Origin: an uncultured Anaerolineaceae bacterium
Lineage (GTDB): Bacteria > Chloroflexota > Dehalococcoidia > Tepidiformales > Tepidiformaceae
Length of the DNA: 64,000 nucleotides
Assembly: GCA_964507025.1 (NCBI GenBank)
Contig: CAZDOK010000003.1
Location: forward strand, 115,123-179,122
Reading direction: 5' to 3'
Both the position numbers and the translations under genes were made by a program. The notes beneath the pieces are model-generated. The model was not told the DNA's origin, searched no databases, and saw only the letters and a list, made by a program, of their open reading frames with translations. Numbering within the stretch: the stretch's first letter is position 1; each line of letters begins with the position of its first letter. Of this stretch, positions 45,101-52,609 are shown piece by piece.

Positions 45101-45574
45101 CACCATCAGGGCTGCTCCCTCGCCGAGCGACGCCATGAACGCGCGGGCCTCGTCCAGGGTGGTAGGCCCCGAGGTGCCCGGCAGCACGGGCACACCCAGC
45201 TCGGCCGCGAGCGCCCGCGCGCGCGCCTTATCGCCGAAGAGGTCGAGCACTTCGGGCTGTGGGCCCACGAAGGTGATGCCGTCCTGGGTGCAGCGCCGGG
45301 CGAAGGCGGCGTTCTCGCTCAGGAGACCGTATCCGGGATGGATCGCGTCGCACCCGGAGGCAATAGCGATACGCACGATCTGGGCGGCATCGAGATAGGC
45401 GGCCGCTCCCTGTCCTTCGAGCCGCCGGGCCTCGTCCGCCCGGCGAACGTGCAGCGATGCCGCATCGTCGTCGGAGTAGATGGCCACGGTTCGAATGCCG
45501 AGTTCGGCGGCGGCGCGGATGACCCGGATGGCGACTTCTCCCCGGTTCGCGACGAGCAGGGTGGTGATGCTCAT
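42170..45574 (-). CDS. Single-chain biotin-dependent acyl-CoA carboxylase (BC - BCCP - carboxyltransferase fusion)
   Basis: Biotin carboxylase (LLVANRGEVAIRVIRA, GGGGRGMR, EANPRLQVEHTVTE). Biotinyl domain with VMEAMKMEH. C-terminal AccD/PccB-like CT domain (YDYTVLAGTQG, FFTEGGGGRPGD, MGGPAMIEGG). 1134 aa. Confidence 0.9.
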   Translation of the reverse strand: MSITTLLVANRGEVAIRVIRAAAELGIRTVAIYSDDDAASLHVRRADEARRLEGQGAAAYLDAAQIVRIAIASGCDAIHPGYGLLSENAAFARRCTQDGITFVGPQPEVLDLFGDKARARALAAELGVPVLPGTSGPTTLDEARAFMASLGEGAALMVKAVAGGGGRGMRPVTRQEDLEQAFTRCQSEARSAFGNGDLYVERLIPVARHIEVQVVGDGTGHVSHLWERECTIQRRNQKLVEVAPSPGLTDDLRERLTGYAVRMAEAVRFKNLGTFEFLIDGSSPYGAHAIAFIEANPRLQVEHTVTEEVTGIDLVTTQLRIAAGATLASLNLQQADVPRPRGSAIQARVNMETVAADGSPRPSGGTLTAFEPPTGPGLRTDTFGYTGYTTSPYFDSLLAKLVVHSTGGDFAGAVAKTYRALCEFRVEGVATNIPLLQNLFHHPDFVADRISTRFIEEHAAELAAPRGQEHRRLFFEATPATVPPPTNPVGRAGATIDNRDPLAVLAHGKAEATLPSSAPGAPPPPDGTVAIPTPLQGTIVSIDVNPGDAVRRGQQVAVMEAMKMEHVITADAGGIVLSVAVTPGAAVMPGHPVVFIQETGDATEEAAAETEVDLDRIRPDLDEVHRRHAVGLDAARPDAVARRRKTGQRTARENIEDLCDPGTFIEYGPLVIAAQRRRRPLEELIEKTPADGMIAGVGSVNGHLFDDAKARAILMSYDYTVLAGTQGQQNHRKKDRMFELAEKHRLPVVFFTEGGGGRPGDTDGVGVAGLDCMAFHYFGRLSGLVPLVGITSGRCFAGNAAILGCCDVVIATKNSNIGMGGPAMIEGGGLGIFRPEEVGPASVQAPNGVIDVLVDDEAEAVRVARQYLSYFQGPVAAWECADQRLLRSAIPENRLRVYDVRKVIETMADAGSVLELRRDFGPGMVTALIRIEGRPLGLVANNPMHLAGAIDSEGADKAARFMQLCDAFDIPLLFLCDTPGIMVGPEVEKTALVRHAARMFVTGASVSVPVFTIILRKAYGLGAQAMAGGSFKAPFFTVSWPTGEFGGMGLEGAVKLGYRNELAAIEDPEARKRLFDEMVARSYERGKAVNTASHFEIDDVIDPLDSRSWVTRALKSVPPPPGRREKKRPNVDTW

Positions 45575-45680
45575 GGAGGTCCTCGGATAGCTGGCGGACC
45601 GGCAGCGGAGCCGTCCCGCCGGGATGTGGCGACGATCCTAGAGTGTTCGGCTGAATCCCGCCGCGCGAGGGAGGGTTCAG

Positions 45681-46313
45681 GTGACGGGGCGGCGCACCGT
45701 TAATCCAGACATGGATGCTGAGCTCGGTCCGATCGAGAGCGTTGCGCCTGGCATGGCGGTAACGGTGATGCCGCGTGGGGAATCGAGCGTGGCCTATGGC
45801 CAGGGCGTCCTTCAGTCCTCGCGGGGATTCTCCGTCTACATCGCCACCGGAGACTGCCCCTGGCAGCCCGGCGACGAGGTAGTGCTCGCGTGTGGGGCCC
45901 TCGGGCGGAGGGTTGCGGCACTGGGCCGCTTCCGCGAGCACGGCGATGGGCAGGCCATCTTCTCGCGCCAGAGCCCATGGCGGCCGTTCAACCGCCGGTC
46001 GCTTCAGCGTTACACCACGAGCGTCGCCGCCACCCTCGGGCAGGAACCCGAGATAGACGTCACCGTGACCGACATTTCGATGGGTGGTGCGGCGGTGCTG
46101 GTGGCCGAGACCCCGGCCGACGTTAAGACGTGGCTGCGGATGGCCACGCCGGCGGGTGAATGCGCCCTGCCGGTCGCGATCGTCGGCGGGCACGGGGACG
46201 AGGCCGGGACGATCCTGCACCTGCGGTTCGAGGAAGTGACGCCCGAAGCGGCGCTGGTGCTGCAGGGATTCGTCTCCGGTCTGGCCGCGGCGCTCGTCTC
46301 CGAGGCTGCGTGA
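45681..46313 (+). CDS. PilZ domain protein (c-di-GMP receptor candidate)
   Basis: RRSLQR (RxxxR) and DISMGG (DxSxxG) at the canonical spacing. GTG start lies 5 nt after GGGAGGG. Confidence 0.75.
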   Translation: MTGRRTVNPDMDAELGPIESVAPGMAVTVMPRGESSVAYGQGVLQSSRGFSVYIATGDCPWQPGDEVVLACGALGRRVAALGRFREHGDGQAIFSRQSPWRPFNRRSLQRYTTSVAATLGQEPEIDVTVTDISMGGAAVLVAETPADVKTWLRMATPAGECALPVAIVGGHGDEAGTILHLRFEEVTPEAALVLQGFVSGLAAALVSEAA

Positions 46314-46388
46314 ACACGAGCCCGGCTGCGGGAGTGACCTGCACCACACTGCGGGCACAGCGCCCCGCGCTTCTCTAAGGAACCCTCA

Positions 46389-46512
46389 GGAATTCTCCAA
46401 GCGACGCCCCTTCGCCTTGCCTACCTTCGATCGTGTCAGCTGCGCATTCCCGCGCTGAACACCACGAAGCACCAGCAGCCGGGTCCAGGGCCCGGCCGGC
46501 AAGGAGAATTCC
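46389..46512 (+). promoter_or_regulatory. Long-range perfect 10-bp inverted repeat that could sequester the Shine-Dalgarno site of the downstream micro-ORF
   Basis: GGAATTCTCC (46389-46398) is the exact reverse complement of GGAGAATTCC (46503-46512). The latter contains the SD and ends 1 nt before ATG 46514. Confidence 0.3.
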
Positions 46513-46513
46513 G

Positions 46514-46702
46514 ATGATCTGCCCACGCTGCTCCGCCAGCACCATCAGCGGACCGAGCTACGTCGTTGACCGCCGTGGCCGCCGCAAGGCCGCGGTTGTC
46601 ACCTGCGCCGCCTGCTCCAACGCCTTCGACGCCCACGAGTTCTTCGGCTCCACTCGCGATCGCGCGTATCGCGAATTCGGGCCGTGGCTCCTGGCGGCTT
46701 GA
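46514..46702 (+). CDS. Small zinc-ribbon protein (62 aa)
   Basis: Track ORF 46433..46702 trimmed to ATG 46514 (AAGGAGAA upstream). MICPRCSAS ... VTCAACSNAF gives CPxC and CxxC pairs. Confidence 0.5.
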   Translation: MICPRCSASTISGPSYVVDRRGRRKAAVVTCAACSNAFDAHEFFGSTRDRAYREFGPWLLAA

Positions 46703-46718
46703 GCCCGGGGAGCCGTCG

Positions 46719-46895
46719 ATGAACTGCCCGAACTGTCTCGCCGGCGCGATACGTCGCCCCCGCTGGCGCACCCTGCTCGGACTGACCGGGTGGGGCGCTG
46801 GACCTGTCTGTCCGCAATGTGGCCACGCCACTCCAACCCTCCAGCGCTCCCGGTTCACCGACCGGGGGCGCTGCGCCATTCAATTCACGAACTGA
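46719..46895 (+). CDS. Small zinc-ribbon protein (58 aa)
   Basis: Track ORF 46566..46895 trimmed to ATG 46719. MNCPNCLAG ... VCPQCGHA gives two CPxC pairs. Ends 8 nt before the next gene. Confidence 0.5.
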   Translation: MNCPNCLAGAIRRPRWRTLLGLTGWGAGPVCPQCGHATPTLQRSRFTDRGRCAIQFTN

Positions 46896-46903
46896 GGTTG
46901 AAG

Positions 46904-48139
46904 ATGTCCTACGAACTGCAAGCCACCACTGAAGCCGGCCGCAAACTCATCGCCACGGCCGAGTCGTTTGTCCCGGCGTTCCAGTCCCGCGTGGCACGCC
47001 ACGATGTGGACGGAACGTTTCCCATGGAGAGCCTGCGGGAGCTCCAGGAGTCGGGGTATCTGTATGCGCCGATCCCGGTCGAGCTCGGGGGGATGGGCGT
47101 TGAGTCGGCCCACGATGTGCTTGTTGCGGCAAGCCGCCTCGCGCGGGCGGATGCCGGCCTGACGCTCGGCGTGAACATGCACATGATCATGATGATGACC
47201 TACGCCCAGCAGTACCGGGCCGCGCTCGCGACCGGAGATGAAGCGAAGGCGAACGGGGTTGCCCGGGCGATGACGCGGGCCATCAACGACGGCATGATCA
47301 TCGCCGCCGCGGTGAGCGAGCCCGACCAGGACCTCATCCGGCCCCAGACCACCGCAAGGCCCGACGGCGACGAGTGGGTCATCGACGGCCGGAAGATCTT
47401 CATCAGCATGGCGCCGGCAGCCACCCACTTCTCGGTTGCTGTTTCCTACGTTGATGCGGCTGGTGACGAGCGCTACGGCTACATGGTCGTTCCCGCCGGT
47501 GCGCCTGGTGTCACCGTGAACGATGACTGGGACGCCCTCGGTATGCGCGACTCGGGCTCGACGTCGGTCACGTTCAACGAGGTGCGCATGAAGCGTGGCC
47601 CCGGTTCGGGGGTGCTTGCCGGGATTGTCACGGCCCAGCACCTCGAGCAGATCCTGACCTCGGGCCCCTCGCACGCGGCTGCGGCGGTAGGCGTTGCCGA
47701 GGCGGCTTTCGAGCTCGGCGTCAAGGCCTTCCGTTCGAAGCTCGAAAAGAAGGGCGAGCGTGCTTTCCGGCCGACGTTCCAACACCTCGCCGCGGAAAAC
47801 TCGGTCGACCTCGCCGCGATTCGCGCCATCTTCGGGGCGGCCCTGCGCGCGATCGACGATTACCAGGAGCGCCACCTCTCCGGTCACGGCACGGATGAAG
47901 AGGCAAACGCGGTCTTCGCCGATGCCCAGCGCGCCAAGATCTTCATCAACCAGGCTGTGCTGCGCGTGGTCGACCGTTCGATGACGATCGCTGGCGGGGC
48001 CGCCTACACGGCCGGCAACCCGCTTGCACGGCTCTATCGCGATGCGCGGGCGGGGGCGTTCATGCACCCGCTCGGCGCCAACGTCGCCTTTGAGTACGTC
48101 GGTGCCCAGGCTCTGGGCTTGCGTCCTGCGACGTTCTGA
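46904..48139 (+). CDS. Acyl-CoA dehydrogenase-fold flavoprotein (paralogue of 24644..25885)
   Basis: Track ORF 46790..48139 trimmed to ATG 46904. MSYELQATTEAGRKLIATAE parallels MEYELQAETEAGCRLVALAE. C-terminal region reads RDARAGAFMHPLGANVAFEYVG. Confidence 0.85.
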   Translation: MSYELQATTEAGRKLIATAESFVPAFQSRVARHDVDGTFPMESLRELQESGYLYAPIPVELGGMGVESAHDVLVAASRLARADAGLTLGVNMHMIMMMTYAQQYRAALATGDEAKANGVARAMTRAINDGMIIAAAVSEPDQDLIRPQTTARPDGDEWVIDGRKIFISMAPAATHFSVAVSYVDAAGDERYGYMVVPAGAPGVTVNDDWDALGMRDSGSTSVTFNEVRMKRGPGSGVLAGIVTAQHLEQILTSGPSHAAAAVGVAEAAFELGVKAFRSKLEKKGERAFRPTFQHLAAENSVDLAAIRAIFGAALRAIDDYQERHLSGHGTDEEANAVFADAQRAKIFINQAVLRVVDRSMTIAGGAAYTAGNPLARLYRDARAGAFMHPLGANVAFEYVGAQALGLRPATF

Positions 48140-48160
48140 TCCGCTCACCTTCCCTTCCCT

Positions 48161-48205
48161 GGCCCTGCCTCGAAGGCCCGTCTTCGAAGCAGGGCCTCTT
48201 CGTGT
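48161..48205 (+). terminator. Intrinsic terminator after the ACAD-fold gene
   Basis: GGCCCTGC-c-TCGAAG gcccgt CTTCGA-a-GCAGGGCC, followed by TCTTCGTGT. Confidence 0.6.
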
Positions 48206-48382
48206 CCCGAAGGGCTCGGCGGCCTTCCGCGTGAGGCACGTCACAGAGCGGGGGCGGTCTCCATGGGTTCTCCAGAAACCCTGAAGGAGGGCTTCAGGTA
48301 ACCGGTGCTCGCACTGCCTACCGTTGAGTGTGCCAGGGGATTGGCCCCTGCAGCAGAGACACGCAACAGGAGAACCACTGCA

Positions 48383-48955
48383 ATGACTCAGATCGAAACC
48401 GCTCCGACCATCCGCAACGGCGTCAACGTCGATACCATGTTCGCCACGCTCGACGCGATCAAGGCGACGCCTGCCATTGCCCAGTTCAAGTGGCGCGCGA
48501 AGAACACGTGGATGGGCGGCTCGCACAACCGCTCCACTATCCAGGGCTTCTATGCAGCCCTTCAGGAAGACACGTCGCGCTCCAGCGCCTTCACCGTCGA
48601 CGCGGGCGAGCCCGGCATTCTCCTCGGTCACGACGAAGGCCCGAACCCCGCCGAGTACCTGCTCCATGCGCTGGTAGCCTGCCTCACGACATCGCTGGTC
48701 TACGTCGCCGCGGCTCGCGGCGTGCGCCTCACCGAAGTGTCCTCGGTGATCGAGGGCGACATGGACGTGCAGGGCGCGCTGGGCCTCAACAACGAGGTGC
48801 GCAATGGCTTCCAGAACATCCGCGTCACCTTCACAGTGAAGGGCGATGCCCCGAAGGAGAAGCTCCAGGAAGTGGTCGCCCGGGCGCAGTCGCGGTCGGC
48901 CGTGTTCGACAGCATCACCCGGGGCGTGCCGGTCACGGTCCAGCTCGCTGACTAA
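48383..48955 (+). CDS. OsmC family peroxiredoxin-like protein
   Basis: Track ORF 48305..48955 trimmed to ATG 48383. GPNPAEYLLHALVACLT and SAVFDSITRGVPV are typical OsmC/Ohr-fold segments with conserved Cys. Confidence 0.85.
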   Translation: MTQIETAPTIRNGVNVDTMFATLDAIKATPAIAQFKWRAKNTWMGGSHNRSTIQGFYAALQEDTSRSSAFTVDAGEPGILLGHDEGPNPAEYLLHALVACLTTSLVYVAAARGVRLTEVSSVIEGDMDVQGALGLNNEVRNGFQNIRVTFTVKGDAPKEKLQEVVARAQSRSAVFDSITRGVPVTVQLAD

Positions 48956-48978
48956 CGGCCAGCGCGTGCAGCAAGAAA

Positions 48979-49020
48979 GCGGCGGTCCGCCTCCTCTACC
49001 CGGACCGCCGCTTCTTCGTG
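48979..49020 (+). terminator. Intrinsic terminator after the OsmC gene
   Basis: Perfect 11-bp stem GCGGCGGTCCG / CGGACCGCCGC with an 11-nt loop, followed by TTCTTCGTG. Confidence 0.7.
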
Positions 49021-49093
49021 TCTGGAAGGTTGCGTCTACCCATGGCGTACGATTCCGCCGCGCCAGCACACCCACAATGGAGGACTCCTTCCC

Positions 49094-49729
49094 ATGCCCC
49101 GACTTCGCCAGGTCTCGCGTTCTGCAGCCTCGCCCGAGGCTCTCGCCGCCTACAGCCGTCTCTTTGGGGAGCGTGACCCTGTCACGCAGCCCGGCACGGC
49201 CACGGGAACGCCAGGCAACTGGTGGACCGTGTTCGCACTTGTGCCGGACATCCTCGTCCACGCGCAGGACGGGTTCAGCCTGCTCAACAGCCGCCGCCGC
49301 ACGCTCACGCCCTACTTCCGCGAACTCGGCATCACGCGCGCGGGGTTCGTGGCCGGGAGCCAGTTTGTGTTTTCTCAACATTGCAAGGCCGCGCGCGCGG
49401 CCGGGATCCCGGAGGAGAAGCTCGCGGCTATCCCCGCGTGGCCGGCCGCCACGGTTTTCGACGCGGCGGACCGGGCGGTCCTCGCCTATGCCGACGAGAT
49501 GGTGCTGCAGGACGGGCGAGTACAGGATGTCACCTTCGCCGCCCTCAGAACGCACCTCATCGACGAGGCGATCCTCGAACTCACGTACGCGGTGGCGATG
49601 TACCGCCTCCATGCGACGGTCTGCCGGGCGCTCCGGCTGGAATACGACGACATCGATGAGCGGGTGGTAGAGATCGCCGCACCTTCGGGCGGCGCGGCCG
49701 CCGACGTGATGAGCCAGATCTCACGCTGA
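49094..49729 (+). CDS. Carboxymuconolactone decarboxylase (AhpD-like) family protein
   Basis: RELGITRAGFVAGSQFVFSQHCKAARAAGIPEEKLAAI resembles the CMD-domain core; 211 aa. Confidence 0.7.
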   Translation: MPRLRQVSRSAASPEALAAYSRLFGERDPVTQPGTATGTPGNWWTVFALVPDILVHAQDGFSLLNSRRRTLTPYFRELGITRAGFVAGSQFVFSQHCKAARAAGIPEEKLAAIPAWPAATVFDAADRAVLAYADEMVLQDGRVQDVTFAALRTHLIDEAILELTYAVAMYRLHATVCRALRLEYDDIDERVVEIAAPSGGAAADVMSQISR

Positions 49730-50449
49730 GGCTGCCGCGGACTCCTGCGCGGCGATGTGCGCCTGCCAGTAGTGGTTGCACTTCGCCACCACGGTGATGA
49801 CGCTCTTGACCTCGTTCTTCAGGGTGAACGCCGGGCTGGCGGGCACCAGCAGCCGTTCCTCGTCACAGCGAGCGTCGACGTTCTCGAGGATGATCGATGC
49901 CGCCAGCCACGCCGCCATCTTCTTCGAATGGCAGGTCACCGAAAGCCACCCCGGTTCCGCCAGCTCGCTGAAGAGACCGGTCGTCTCGTAGATGCCGCGG
50001 CGAATCTCGGCAATTGCGTCGAAGCCGGCGACTGGTGGCGCGTCGACGACGGAGTGAAGTGCTTCTGCCTCGCCCCGGTGTGGGGGGCCGCCATAGAGGG
50101 CGAGTTCGCAGAACCCGGTCCACATGGCGGCCCAGTCGGGGCGCCCATCTTCCCGGTACACGAACGGGGCCGCGCTCATGCTCGCGGACCTCGATGTCGG
50201 TGGGGCGACGAACTCAACCTCCCAGCCGGAAGGACTCGAGACAAGCGAATCGAGCGTCTGCACGAGAGGGACGACAGCACACGTGGCGAGTGCCACCGGT
50301 TCGTTCAGGAAGCCCGAGAAGGAGCGACACAACTCGCGCACGTCGTCCTGGTAGTTCGCCGGGAATCCCTGGTGGATGAGCACCGCCAGTGAGGGTCGGG
50401 TGGTCGGAGGGGCCGAGGGCCGGGGTTGGGCACTTGGGGTTTCGGGCAT
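49721..50449 (-). CDS. Hypothetical protein (242 aa), no family recognised
   Basis: Track ORF 49721..50464 trimmed to ATG 50449. Ordinary composition and long uninterrupted frame. Overlaps the convergent CMD gene end by 9 nt. Confidence 0.5.
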   Translation of the reverse strand: MPETPSAQPRPSAPPTTRPSLAVLIHQGFPANYQDDVRELCRSFSGFLNEPVALATCAVVPLVQTLDSLVSSPSGWEVEFVAPPTSRSASMSAAPFVYREDGRPDWAAMWTGFCELALYGGPPHRGEAEALHSVVDAPPVAGFDAIAEIRRGIYETTGLFSELAEPGWLSVTCHSKKMAAWLAASIILENVDARCDEERLLVPASPAFTLKNEVKSVITVVAKCNHYWQAHIAAQESAAASA

Positions 50450-50503
50450 GGAGAGATTCTGCAATCATTTGCAATTGCAAAGCAATGCCTCTGGAGGCGC
50501 AGA

Positions 50504-50761
50504 ATGCCGCTCTATGACTACGCCTGTGACCGCTGTGGGCTGACGTTCGAGGTGTCGCGCAGCATCAAGGATTCCGACATCCCAGCGATGTGCCCGATGT
50601 GCGATGTCGCCGCCCGGCGAGTTTTCACGCCCCCCATGGCCACGTTCACCCGCGGCGCCGCAGCTGCGGCCGACCGGGCGAACGTCCCATCGCCGTCCCC
50701 TTCGCGGTGGTCGCACCACGGTCACAGCCATGGGCCCGGTACGGGCTCCCACTCGCACTGA
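50504..50761 (+). CDS. FmdB-family zinc-ribbon protein with a His-rich C-terminal tail
   Basis: Track ORF 50426..50761 trimmed to ATG 50504. MPLYDYACDRCGLTFEV ... MCPMCD. The tail reads WSHHGHSHGPGTGSHSH. Confidence 0.7.
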   Translation: MPLYDYACDRCGLTFEVSRSIKDSDIPAMCPMCDVAARRVFTPPMATFTRGAAAAADRANVPSPSPSRWSHHGHSHGPGTGSHSH

Positions 50762-50795
50762 CCGGCGGCCGGGTCCACCTGCTAGACTCGTTCCC

Positions 50796-52166
50796 GTGCC
50801 GGCCCCCCAGGAGTTGCTGTCGCGCCTCGCCGCAATCGTCGGCGACCAGCACGTGCTCACCGATCCCGACCTCCGCGCCGGCTACGAGACGGACTGGACG
50901 CGCCGCTTCCATGGCGAATCGCCCGCCGTGGTGCGCCCCGGCTCAACCGAAGAGGTCGCAAGCGTGGTGCGCGTCTGTGGGGAGGCGGGCGCCGCCATCG
51001 TTCCCCAGGGCGGCAACACCGGGCTGGTGGGCGGCGGGGTACCCCGAAACCGCGAGATCGTCCTTTCTCTGCGGCGTCTCGACTCCATCAACGGCTTCGA
51101 TGAGGAAGCGGGCGAAGTGACGGCCGGCGCCGGTGTGACGCTGGCGGCGCTCCAGGAGACGATCCGGGCGCGGGGATGGAACTTTGGTGTCGATCTGGCC
51201 TCGCGCGACAGCGCCACGATCGGCGGCATGGTCGCGACCAACGCCGGGGGCATCCGGGTTCTGCGCTATGGCGGCATGCGCCATCAGTTGCTCGGCATCG
51301 AAGCGGTGCTCGCCGATGGGCGTGTGATCCGGCGTCTTCCGGGGCTGGTGAAGGACAACTCGGGCTACGACATGGCGCAGCTGCTGGCCGGCAGCGAAGG
51401 GACGCTCGCCGTCATAACCTCGGTCCGGCTGAAGCTGGTGCCACAACAACCCCAACGGTCGGTGGCACTACTCGCTGTCGAGAGCCTGGCGGCGGCGCTC
51501 GGTGTAGTCTCGGCCGTGCGCCGCGCCCTTCCGTCTCTCGAGGCGGCGGAGGTGTTCTTCCCCGAGGGGCTGGAGCTCGTGCTTCGGCACACCGGGCTCC
51601 CCCAGCCTTTCGCCGCCCTCCACCCCTGCTACCTGCTGCTGGAATGCGCGGGGCAACAGGACGAGTCGGACGCTCTCGCCAATGTGCTCGCCGTGGTGCC
51701 GGGGATCCGCGATTCGGCACTCGCGACGGGGCGAGCCGAGCGCGAGCGCCTGTGGGCCTACCGGGAGCGCCACACCGAGTCGATCAGCGCCGAGGGTATT
51801 CCGCACAAGCTCGATGTGACGCTCCCGCTTGCGCGGCTTCCCGAGTTCGAAGCACGCGTGCGTGGGGTGCTCGTCGAGGTGGAGCCCGCCGCCCGGCCGG
51901 TGCTCTTCGGCCACGCGGGCGATGGCAACCTCCACGTGAACATCCTGGGCCTGGACCCGGGTGACGAACGACCAGACGACGCCGTGTTCCGGCTCGTGGC
52001 CGAACTCGGGGGCAGCATCAGCGCCGAGCACGGCATCGGCATCGCCAAGATGCCGTGGCTCCACCTCACCCGCACAGACGCCGACAGAGAGGCGATGCGC
52101 TGGATTAAGTCTGCGCTCGACCCGGCAGGTATCCTCAATCCCGGCGTGATCATCCCGGCAAGTTGA
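50796..52166 (+). CDS. FAD-binding oxidoreductase (GlcD / D-lactate dehydrogenase family)
   Basis: Track ORF 50604..52166 trimmed to GTG 50796. FAD_binding_4 motifs VVRPGSTEEVASVVRVC, PQGGNTGLVGG and SATIGGMVATNAGG. C-terminal HAGDGNLHVN and SAEHGIG. Confidence 0.85.
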   Translation: MPAPQELLSRLAAIVGDQHVLTDPDLRAGYETDWTRRFHGESPAVVRPGSTEEVASVVRVCGEAGAAIVPQGGNTGLVGGGVPRNREIVLSLRRLDSINGFDEEAGEVTAGAGVTLAALQETIRARGWNFGVDLASRDSATIGGMVATNAGGIRVLRYGGMRHQLLGIEAVLADGRVIRRLPGLVKDNSGYDMAQLLAGSEGTLAVITSVRLKLVPQQPQRSVALLAVESLAAALGVVSAVRRALPSLEAAEVFFPEGLELVLRHTGLPQPFAALHPCYLLLECAGQQDESDALANVLAVVPGIRDSALATGRAERERLWAYRERHTESISAEGIPHKLDVTLPLARLPEFEARVRGVLVEVEPAARPVLFGHAGDGNLHVNILGLDPGDERPDDAVFRLVAELGGSISAEHGIGIAKMPWLHLTRTDADREAMRWIKSALDPAGILNPGVIIPAS

Positions 52167-52217
52167 TGCGCGGCGCGGAGCCCCCGGTTATGGTTCGATT
52201 CTGATGGGGAAGAGGTC

Positions 52218-52583
52218 ATGGCGTTTCAGTTCCTGGACCAGCAAGACTTCATCGAAATGCGGCTGTTCGGCGAGATCTCGGGCGCACGGGAGCCCGAGGT
52301 TGAGTGGCTTGAGCGCCTCAGCGCCCGCGGCCGCCTCCTGATTGACGCTTCCGAGGTCGCTGCGATCACTGCCGACGTGCTCTGGATGGCTGGCGTAGTG
52401 AACCGGGCTCGCAGTTTCGGCCCGTTTTGGACGGCGATATTCGCGCCGGGCGACCTGGTGTTTGGCGTGCTTCGCCAGGTTTCCGCCTATCGCGCGCACG
52501 ACGCACAGGATGTGAACTTCTTCCGTGAGCGCGAGGCCGCGGAGGAGTGGCTACGCTCGCGGGAAGGTTTGCCAGCGGCCTGA
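52218..52583 (+). CDS. STAS/SpoIIAA-like small protein, tentative
   Basis: 121 aa. GGGGAAGAGG upstream of the ATG. General resemblance to STAS-like DUF proteins (FIEMRLFGEIS, LLIDASEV). The assignment is weak. Confidence 0.4.
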   Translation: MAFQFLDQQDFIEMRLFGEISGAREPEVEWLERLSARGRLLIDASEVAAITADVLWMAGVVNRARSFGPFWTAIFAPGDLVFGVLRQVSAYRAHDAQDVNFFREREAAEEWLRSREGLPAA

Positions 52584-52609
52584 TAGGATGGCCCGCGTGG
52601 AGGCTGCGG

